Part shown: positions 49,909 to 59,214 of the stretch, one piece after another
How positions within the stretch are numbered: the stretch's first letter is position 1
Layout: every line of letters begins with the position of its first letter
Assembly (NCBI RefSeq): GCF_004010195.1
Contig: NC_057758.1
Location: forward strand, 5,968,150-6,027,363
Origin: Chiloscyllium plagiosum
Taxonomy: Eukaryota
Direction of reading: 5' to 3'
Length of the DNA: 59,214 nt
Notes under the pieces: model-generated
Seen by the model: only the letters and a program-made list of their open reading frames with translations
What the model was told of the DNA's origin: nothing
The model's database searches: none
Position numbers and translations under genes: made by a program

Positions 49909-52652
49909 AAATTCGGAGAAGGAGTTGTCCAATTGACGCATAATATGCTGATAACGGATCCGCTACCATGACGGATGCCATTTCATTATGATGGGAATTT
50001 CAAGTCTGGGAATACAACTTTAAAATGAGACATGGGGCATTTAGAAAATAAACAGAGTCTTTTTTTTAACACAGAGAGCGGTTAGTTTGTAGAGGAAGGA
50101 ACGACAATCTGGAAAATATCAGGAAATGTTTGAGATTTCAGCTCTTTGAAAATCATTGAATGTCTTACTTTTAATGTGAAGTGACTCAGGGATAGGGATG
50201 CTGATTTGGTTTGCATGACAATCACGATGATGGCACAACAAGGTGAACAACAGAGGGAAGGGTCGCCAGAAGTGAAGCATTGGACAGGGAGACACAGGGC
50301 AGAAATCAAGGAGGGAGAAGATGGGACACAGAATCAGAGAGGAAACAAGTTAGAAGAAGGAACATGAAGGGATAAGGAGAATATGGAACGGAACAGAAGA
50401 CAGGGGCAGAACAGCGGTTAGTAATGTTGCCTCACATTGGCAGGGACCTGAGATTGAGTTCAATCTTGGGTGACTGCCTGTATGCAGTTTCCATCTTTGT
50501 CTGTGTGGGTTTACTCTGGGTGTTCCAGTGTCCTGCCACAGTCCAAAGATGTGCCGGCTTGGTCGTTTGACCATGATCACAAGCACAACTGATGCGGAAA
50601 CAAGATGGAAATTTCGGCAGGTATTTGTTAGGTGTTTGTGAGCATGAGAGGGACAGTGTGGGCCCGATGGGCTGAAGAGAATCCCAGTAGGGATGATTTG
50701 AAAGAGCGAAGGAGAAGCAGATAGAAAATACCTGAGCAGAAACAGGAGGCAAAGTACAAAGCGTGAGAAACAGAGAAGGAGCAAGAGAGGAATGGAAACG
50801 GGGAGAAACAGCGAAAGAAAAACCGAACGAAATAATAAGAGAAGGAGAGAAGAGGGTGAAGGAACGGGGATGAGGTGAAACAAATAAGGATAAATTTCTG
50901 AGAAAAGAAAAAGTACAAAATACAAAGGAAGAAACTGACCAGGTGAAACAAAGTGTGAGATGAAAGGAGAGGCGAAAAGATGGGAAATCACAAAGGGAGA
51001 ATATAAGGTGGTAAACAGAGACAGAGGGGAACAGAGACTTATGACTCCTTTAAGCGGCATTTGGATAGGTACATGGATGGGTACTTAATCTAGGTTAGAA
51101 GTTCGGCACAACATCGTGGGCCGAAAGGCCTGTTCTGTGTTGTATTGTTCTATGTTCTATGTTCTATATGTAAATTCGGAGAAGGAGTCGTCCAATTGAC
51201 GCATATTATGCTGATAACGGATCCGCTACCATGACGTCATATTATTTGGTGGATGCCATTTGATTATGATGGGAATTTCAAGTCTGGGGATACAACTTTA
51301 AAATGAGACATGAGGCATTCAGAAAATAAACAGAGTCTTTTTTTTAACACAGAGAGCGGTTAGTTTGTAGAATGAACTTCCTGAGAAAGTAATGGATGTG
51401 GGTACCATAACAACATTTAAAAGTCATTTGGGAAAGTCCACGAATAGGAAAGATTTGGAGGGGTATGCGCCTGGAGCAGGTATGTGGGTGAGGTTAAGAT
51501 TGAGAATATGCTTGTTGCTGAGACTTGCATTTGTAACTTCTATTTTTCGCAAATCTATTGTAGAACCTGGAGTGAAAGTTGAATTTGATCTTTGAGGAGC
51601 AGCTTGTATTTGGAAGGAAGAAGGAAATATATTTGTTTGCACGAACTGTCCTGGATAGATATTTGCAGGTTAATTGCTGCTTCTGGAACACTATTCACAT
51701 TTTGGCATTAGGATGCGTTGCTCAGAGAATAACAGTTGTTTGGACCTTGGATGGGTCAATCAATGATAGACTGGAATAGCCATTCATTCACAGAAAACCA
51801 TGAAATATGCAGTTTGAAAGAGTTTAATCTTGAGATTGGGCTGAAGGCTGTGCGCGTGGAAGCTGCTGGACTGGAAGCTGTTTTGAGTTCTGCTCTTTTC
51901 AGACTTATCCTGTTGTTTTGAGGAAGGAACGGCAATCTGGAAAATATCAGGGAATGTTTGAGATTTCAGCTCGTTGAAAATCATTGAATGTCTTACTTTT
52001 AATGTGAAGCGATTCAGGGATAGGGATGCTCATTTGGTTTGCATGACAGTAACTATGATGTCACAACAAGGTGAACAACAGAAGTAGGGGTAGACAGAAG
52101 TGAAGCATTGGACAGGGAGACACAGGTCAGAAATCAGGGAGGGAGAAGGTGGGGCATAGAATCAGAGAGGAAACAAGTTAGAAGAAGGAACATGAAGGGA
52201 TAAGGAGAATATGGAACGGAACAGAAGAAGACAGGGGCAGAACAGTGCTTAGTAATTTTGCCACACATTGGCAGGGACCTGAGATTGAGTTCAAACTTGG
52301 GTGACTGCCTGTATGCAGTTTCCATCTTTCTCTGTGTGGGTTTACTCTGGGTGTCCAGTGTCCTACCACAGTCTAAAGTTGTGCAGGCTAGGTCGTTTGA
52401 CAATGATCACGACCACAACTGATGCAGAAACAAGATGGAAATTTAGGCAGGTATTTGTTAGGTGTTTGTGGGCATCAGACGGTCAGTGTGGGCTCGATGG
52501 GCTGAATAGAATCCCAATATGGATGATTTGAAAGAGCGAAGGAGGAGCAGATAGAAAATACCTGAGCAGAAACAGGAGGCAAAGTACGAAGAGTGAGAAA
52601 CAGAGAAGGAGCAAAAGAGGAATGGAAACGGGGAGAAACAGCGAAAGAAAAA
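49909..52652. repeat. Recent tandem duplication (copy 1 about 49909-50822; copy 2 about 51172-52652); copy 1 lacks the segment equivalent to about 51372-51918
   Basis: Long near-identical stretches (aaattcggagaaggagt.gtccaattgacgcata; aaacaagttagaagaaggaacatgaagggataaggagaatatggaacggaacagaaga; aatggaaacggggagaaacagcgaaagaaaaa). Both copies carry the same degenerate SINE. Confidence 0.9.
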
Positions 52653-52921
52653 GGAGTTCCATGATGGCAATGTGTCCCTCCCGTTTTCTGACCTGTCCAT
52701 TTCGCCTGATATTGTGCGTGTACACTAATCCCAGTGAAAAACCTAATGATGGGCAAGAAGTGGTGTTAATGCAGTAAGATGTGTTGTCATCTTTTGGAAA
52801 TCAACGGGACAGTGGATGGTTATATTTAGAGAGTCAAGCAGAGACTGAACTATAAAAAATACAGCTAGCATTAATTGAAATTCAGATGAGTCTCAAAGTT
52901 GGGAATATTGCACTTTTTGTA

Positions 52922-53074
52922 TCATATAATAAAACAGCAGATGGCATTGAAGGAATAACTCCTCCTGTGGATAATCTCATTTGCATGACAGCCGTCTTCT
53001 GTGGGCAATCTCATGCACAAGACAGCCTTCTTCTCTGCAGATCCTTTCATCATCCTCACATTCCAATACATTAA
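52922..53074 (-). pseudogene. defb: Beta-defensin paralogue, exon 2, disrupted by a 34-nt internal duplication and a Cys4-to-Tyr change
   Basis: Acceptor cttcctttccgttctcag, phase 1. Removing one copy of the duplication (53034-53001 versus 53000-52967) leaves 119 nt, the same length as 7820-7702. It then reads NVLECEDDERICREDGCHANEIIHRRSYSFNAICCFII* (C-X6-C-X4-C-X10-Y-X5-CC). Confidence 0.8.
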
Positions 53075-53479
53075 CTGAGAACGGAAAGGAAGTCTCAATT
53101 AATAAAACGGTCATTAGACTCGGATATAAAAACAGAATCAGACTGTGCACGGTGCTCCTAGTATGGCTGAAGAGCGGTATTTGATTAATAGAACAGTGTA
53201 AATTATTACCAGAGTGGTCTACCTTAGAGACATGGAGATTAAAACTATGCACAGGGTTCCAAGTGTGGTATAACTTCGAAGTAGTTGAGACAGGTACATT
53301 AGCAAAATTGAAGGGCATCTGACCAACTACATGAATAAGAAATATTTCAAAGGATATAAGTCTAGTGCCGGCAAATGGGTTTATCTTAGGTAGACATTTT
53401 GGCCAGCGTGGACCAGTTTGAGCCAAAGGGCATGTCTTCATGCTGAAGGACTCAATGACTCCAGACGTAAGTGACATAG

Positions 53480-53900
53480 AGCCAAGAAATGCATACAGTG
53501 TTCCACATATGGTGGAAGTGAGGGTTATTGGTTATCAAAATAAAGTTCAGTGTGCCCAGTTAGATCTGACCAAGGCATATAATGACCAGAAGAGTGTACA
53601 GTACTCCAGATATAGAGTAAGAGACGCGTTTGATGATCAGAACAGTACATAGCTTCCAGTATGATCTGGCCTCGATACATCAGGATTGGAAATGTGCATA
53701 GTACTCTAAGCGTGGTTATTGAGGGACATAGAGAGCAGAACAGTGCATAATGCTCCATGTATGATCGGACTGAGGAATATGTTCATCAGAATTTTGCACA
53801 GTCGGCAGATATGCTTGAACTTAGGGACATGGTTACCAGGAAAGTGCACAGTGCTCCAATTAAGTTCTAATAGAGGGACGTGTCAAAAACTGCATAGCTT
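53480..53900 (-). repeat. ~50-bp degenerate minisatellite, same family and orientation as 7865-8130
   Basis: cagaa/cagga-initiated units at about 53588, 53638, 53736, 53787 and 53837. Confidence 0.7.
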
Positions 53901-54169
53901 TACAGAAAAGCAGCCGATATCTCGCCTTCTTTCAGAATTTAAATTTCTGACATGACTGAATCACCTGGAGATGACTAAATAACCCGTTGACTGGATGACA
54001 TGAGCAGCTGACATGTCACACGATTATTTCCTTCAGTGGAAGTGATTGGGTGCAGGGAGATTGTTAAAATCAGTCTGGGAATGTGGTGAGGTTTGGACGC
54101 TTTTAGGCATATTGTAGCTCCGTATCATGAGGAATAAATGACCAAGACAGAAGAAAGACAATCACGTAC

Positions 54170-54275
54170 TTTCCCAGAAACGACATTTGGAGGAATGCAG
54201 GTGACGTGCAGGATCAACTGACTGGAGATCATTATCAAAGAGGAGTAACACGAGATCAATTGATCTGAGTTCTAA
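54170..54275 (-). pseudogene. Possible degenerate exon 1 of the defensin paralogue
   Basis: Reads LELRSIDLVLLLFDNDLQSVDPARHLHSSKCRFWE plus A|GTACGT. This is phase 1, compatible with 53074. It has a short hydrophobic core and weak similarity to HPIESACGL. No in-frame ATG seen. Confidence 0.3.
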
Positions 54276-54867
54276 CTGCGGTGTAAAATTGATGGAAATT
54301 ATCCCCCAAATGCAACATGTTAGAGGGAAATACAAGTGAAGTAAGAATCGAACTGTGGCTGATAGGCGTTTTTGGCTATTTTATTGAAAACTATTGGAAG
54401 GTGCAGCCAGAGGAAGGCGTGTAAGCTTGTCAGAAGATAACACTTAAAAGGCATTTGAATGAGTATATGAATAAGAACGCTTTTGAAGGCTGAGGGACAA
54501 ACAAAATGTGATATTGCTGGTGAACCCTGCAGATCTGGCACCATCTGTGAAAACAAAGCAGTTAATATTTTACTTCGCCATTCACAGTGAAACCCTCCCT
54601 CCACCTTCAAGGCCCGGTAGAAGCAATACATCCCAACTACAAAACGCATTGCATACCTGCTCCAAAGATCCTCAGACAGCATCTTCCAAAACTATGAACA
54701 TTTGAATGTGGAAGGACAAGTGGAACACCACCTCCTGCACGTCCCCTTCCAAGGCACTCACTATCCTGACTTGAAAATATTTCGCTGCTGTTTCATGTTT
54801 GCTTGGTTAAAATCTTGGATATTCTTTTGTAATGGCACGATGGAACTGACGTGCAAAACATGGAACA

Positions 54868-55513
54868 NNNNNNNNNNNNNNNNNNNNNNNNNNNNNNNNN
54901 NNNNNNNNNNNNNNNNNNNNNNNNNNNNNNNNNNNNNNNNNNNNNNNNNNNNNNNNNNNNNNNNNNNNNNNNNNNNNNNNNNNNNNNNNNNNNNNNNNNN
55001 NNNNNNNNNNNNNNNNNNNNNNNNNNNNNNNNNNNNNNNNNNNNNNNNNNNNNNNNNNNNNNNNNNNNNNNNNNNNNNNNNNNNNNNNNNNNNNNNNNNN
55101 NNNNNNNNNNNNNNNNNNNNNNNNNNNNNNNNNNNNNNNNNNNNNNNNNNNNNNNNNNNNNNNNNNNNNNNNNNNNNNNNNNNNNNNNNNNNNNNNNNNN
55201 NNNNNNNNNNNNNNNNNNNNNNNNNNNNNNNNNNNNNNNNNNNNNNNNNNNNNNNNNNNNNNNNNNNNNNNNNNNNNNNNNNNNNNNNNNNNNNNNNNNN
55301 NNNNNNNNNNNNNNNNNNNNNNNNNNNNNNNNNNNNNNNNNNNNNNNNNNNNNNNNNNNNNNNNNNNNNNNNNNNNNNNNNNNNNNNNNNNNNNNNNNNN
55401 NNNNNNNNNNNNNNNNNNNNNNNNNNNNNNNNNNNNNNNNNNNNNNNNNNNNNNNNNNNNNNNNNNNNNNNNNNNNNNNNNNNNNNNNNNNNNNNNNNNN
55501 NNNNNNNNNNNNN
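54868..55513. other. Assembly gap (N run)
   Basis: Seen directly. Confidence 1.
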
Positions 55514-57545
55514 ACAGAAGCCTGTGGTCAACGCCTCAGGAATCGAAGGAGGTAGAATGGGTAAACCTACATGGAGTATGAAAGGTTCAAACAGAGTAAT
55601 TTTGACAGGTGGATAGGACCGTTAAGATTTGAGCAAACCTATGATGCCCTAAGAGAGGTAACTGTTTTGGATGAAATCAAAAATCCACTGCCTGATATGT
55701 AGCGAATACCTGTGCAAGACCAGAGAGTTAAAACAATAAGTTTAGCATCTGAAGTGGCTGATAACTATGAGCTGGTCTATAAAGCACAGTTTGTCTTTTA
55801 TAACCAATTTCAGTCCATGAGGGATAGAAACTGGGGAAAAGAGAATTCCTCACGTGGAAAGGGAAGGTACATTTCATTGAAGATCAGAAAGATAACGTAC
55901 CAAAGAATGAAAATAAAGAAATCCTTGAGGGGGACAAATAACTTAAAAGGCTTCGGTGTTTTCATTGTCATAAAGTGGGCCACACGAAATCACAGTGTTG
56001 GTGGGATCGGAGAAAGCCAGATGTCGGAAATTCAGACAAGCCTGGAAGGTTCGTTGGTCTAATAACAATAAGCAAAAGTGAAGTTACACAAATCTCTCAG
56101 AACGTACAAGATGATCAGAGATTGATTAAGGAGGATGTTCTAGATCTGCTTAAAAATATACATGCAAGCTTAGGGAGTATTCACGTCGGCCAAAGGTAAT
56201 ATGTAGCGGGCTTATAATATTAAGCGACACAGGATCCTCTCAGTCTATAATGCTAATGGATGAGGAGATATGCACTCTTGTGAGGTTATTGCCAGAAGAA
56301 GTGCTGGTAACAGGAATTCTGCAATAGGAAACTGAAACAAATTATGCTCGGTTACGTGAAGTGCGTCTGGAGAGACCAGAGAAGTGTGCAGATATTGTGG
56401 TAGGAATACTGGACAGACTCAGCTCCAGGAATACGATTTATCCTGACAAGTGATATAGCTGATTCACCAATTTGGAGTAAGTTAACGGTGGAGAAAGAGT
56501 CTTTTAACATAGTTTTAGCATTACAACATTTCAATATTTATATTACCAGCAAGTTATCTGAGACAATTGTACACGCAAATCACAACAAATTCACATTTTT
56601 GGAAAAATGTCAGGTCAAAATTCCAGACTTTTTTAATGGTGTTGTTAGAAGCGATTCAAGTTCAGAATTGTGCATGTGACAACTCGCGAAAATATGATTT
56701 CTGATGCGTTATGAAGACTCGGATGAGACAAGGAAGTGCATGACGGCCTGAATTTCCATACGGTTGTGCATGTTTCCATGTTTATACTTAGTAAAGTGTA
56801 TTTTTATGTGTTCAGACTAACCGTGTTGTGAAAGGTTAAAAATGAAGCCATCTTCTAAAGTCGATGGTTCATTTAGTAAGTGGGTAGGTGTCAGAAAGCT
56901 ACCCTTCTTTATTCGTCAAAACTGTTTCGTGGCTCAAGAAGACTCTGGCCTTGATTTTTTTTAGAGAGGGCAATAAACCAGGCCGGGTTTCGATCAGTCT
57001 GATTTGGTAGAGAGATTAAAATGATTTGGAGAGGCTTTCAGTTTATATGTAAACAGATCAGACTTCAGGCCAAATTGGTCATGTTTTGGAAGTGACCTGA
57101 TTAATGGAAGGAGAGTGGTCAGATCTGTTGATAGCTGAGTTGAGCTAAGCAGTTTTAGTTCATTCTTGAACTGGTTGGAAGTTGAACACGGAGCTGTGTG
57201 GAAACTCTCTCTCTTTTCTGTCATTCAACTTCAATCTGTTAGCATGTGTTCTATTTATACCGAATTTTAATTTGATTTTGCTTATTGGGACTGTTGTGTA
57301 TATTTGGAACAGCATAATTTAGTTGAGTTGGATAGGGTGAGTTCTGTAGGAATTTTTTAATCTGTTCTTTCTGGTTCGTTGTGTAATTTTGTGAATAAAT
57401 GTTTGTCTGCTTTAAAATGTAGTACTCAACCTAGTTATCTTAATCCGGGTAAATTTCACTGCATACTTACCGAAACCAATTGCAAACTTATGGTCTGTGG
57501 CTGCATGCTTAAGAATATTGTGAATGGCAGGCCTAGCTCGTAAGA
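55514..57545 (+). mobile_element. Internally deleted Gypsy LTR retrotransposon (Gmr1-like): gag, protease, RNase H end, and 3' LTR at about 56889-57545
   Basis: gag-like 'QDQRVKTISLASEVADNYEL'; CCHC knuckle 'RCFHCHKVGHTKSQCW' (~55950-56000); protease 'IILSDTGSSQSIML' (~56215-56255); RNase H-like 'LALQHFNIYI...IVHV..RENMISDAL'. A purine tract is followed by TGTCAG at the LTR start. Confidence 0.8.
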
Positions 57546-58379
57546 AAAGGAACCGGATGAAACTTGAAATCGATAGTGAGCGCTGCCTCGGTTGGTTTGT
57601 TCTGACAACATTTGCAGAGTTTTGACAGGCAAGCTCTGCATGTGGTATCTGATGGAACAACCTATAGCCGTAGTTCATCCCAACATCGAACAGTGCAACT
57701 CAAAATGAGTGCTTCAAGCTCATTTTAAAATACAGGGAGATCCATCCGAACACGTAGAGTTTTGGCTCAGCCACATTCACCGAATGAATGTGGAAGAAAA
57801 TTGTCTTTCTGATCTGGATGGGCAACACACTGGGGTCAGCGTTTTCAGAGTATAGGCATTGGTCATTGGAGACTGTTGGCTCTTGTTGGGGATTTACATA
57901 TTTGACAGGAGGGCTGATGGAATGGGGCCAGAAAAGCATAAAGAGAAATACGCGGTGTTGTGTGCAACATTGGGGACATAACTTCAGCGTTGAGAGTGAA
58001 AAACATGTTCCCATCTCAGCTGCAGTCTAAATCAAACCTCTCCCTCCTTACTTGCATGGAAGGAGGAAGGGGAATCCAGAATCCTATGCCCATTAAGCTC
58101 TGCATTTGGAATAGAGGCTGGTTCGATCCCAGCCCCCGAGGGAATTTCGCACTTCCCTGTGAACCACAACAGGAGCTGAAAGACAAAAGTCTTTCACAGT
58201 CGCGTTGGATTATTGGAGGGGAGACTGCCATTGCTCCATCCATTGCACAGGGTCATTCATCAGCTGGTCATGTTGGGACAAGCCTCTGTAATGAGTGGAA
58301 TTTGAAACAGAACCTTCTGTCTCAGAGATAAATAGAATAGGAAATATCAGGAGCAATTCAGCAGCTCTGGCAGCACCTG

Positions 58380-58640
58380 CATGCACTCAATTCCCAGTGT
58401 CTGCGTGGGTTTCCTTTGGGTTTTGCGGTTTCCTATCACAGATCAAAAATGTGCAGGTTAGGTGAATTGGCCTTGCTAAATATTCCATGGAGCTCAAGGA
58501 TTTGTAGGGTAGATGCATGACTAAGGAGATATGTAAGTTTGTAGGACAGCGGACTGCATCTCGGTGTGTTACTCTTCTGAATGTCGGAATGGGCCCATTG
58601 GGTCGAAAACCTGTTTCCTCAGTGTCGGGATTCTATGAAA
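58380..58640 (+). mobile_element. HE1-type SINE, 5'-truncated
   Basis: gtgtctgcgtgggtttcc...atgtgcaggttaggtgaattggcc.tgctaaat. Confidence 0.8.
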
Positions 58641-59214
58641 ACAGAGTGCATGTTTCGCAGCCACATTCAAAAACAAAATCTGCTCCCAGCACCATGGAAG
58701 CTCAGAAACAACACTGTCCCATGTGCATGATGAGCTACAGAGATTCTCCAAACCTCTCTGGAGATTTCCTCACAAGCCAAGGTGAGAGGAATTGTCAGAG
58801 GTCTTTCAGGGGATGCTGTGAGATAATTATGCATGAGGCAAATGCCCTGCCATGATTTAAGAGATTGTTAATGTATTAAGCTCCATTGAAGCAACATGGA
58901 TGCCCAGATTTTAGCTTCACGATCTGTCCAGTTTCTGCTGTATTTAGCACAATGTCTATATCCAACAACAGAACTGTTTTCTCAGTGAAGGCAACATTTC
59001 ATCTTCACCAGACTGAGTGATCTGTATTCCTACTAATGATGATATGGATAGATGTATTTGAGGCAGGAAAATCGTAAGAAGGAAGGCAAGAACGATATTC
59101 CCCTTTTTGCAGTTTCCCTCGCCAGGAATATTTTGGTGTTCAAATCTCGGATAATTGAAAGAATCATTGGAGAAACCGAAACGTTCAGGGTGGAGGCGAT
59201 TCATGTTCGAAAGT

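Noticed and set aside
50350..51060. 236-aa hydrophobic minus-strand ORF
   Set aside because: Antisense of purine-rich low-complexity sequence plus a SINE. Not a membrane protein.
57788..58030. ORF with a leader-like start and GSC...RCCV
   Set aside because: Only three Cys, wrong spacing and no exon structure.

Overview
This is vertebrate genomic DNA, almost certainly from a shark or other elasmobranch. The inference rests on HE1-type tRNA-derived SINEs, abundant CR1/HER1-type LINE fragments and Penelope-like elements. Most of the window is repeats, and there are three assembly gaps. The main non-repeat signal appears to be a small beta-defensin locus whose spliced genes the ORF track does not assemble. 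(1) An intact two-exon gene on the minus strand (8774-8681 joined to 7820-7702) has a TATA box, a signal peptide and a phase-1 intron. It encodes a 70-aa precursor with C-X6-C-X4-C-X10-C-X5-CC spacing. (2) A paralogous anionic exon at 53074-52922 is broken by a 34-nt internal duplication and a Cys4-to-Tyr change. (3) There are weaker possible relics near 44.4 kb, 11.9 kb and 58.7 kb. The same ~50-bp minisatellite, resembling a conserved CR1 LINE motif, lies in the intron of the intact gene and in the presumed intron of the paralogue. Other content includes a phase-consistent 4-exon orphan gene candidate (4172-3242), Penelope hammerhead ribozyme motifs, a 5'-inverted RTE LINE and a deleted Gmr1-like Gypsy element. 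There is also a 54-bp degenerate satellite and two local tandem duplications. All calls were made by eye; no database search was run.
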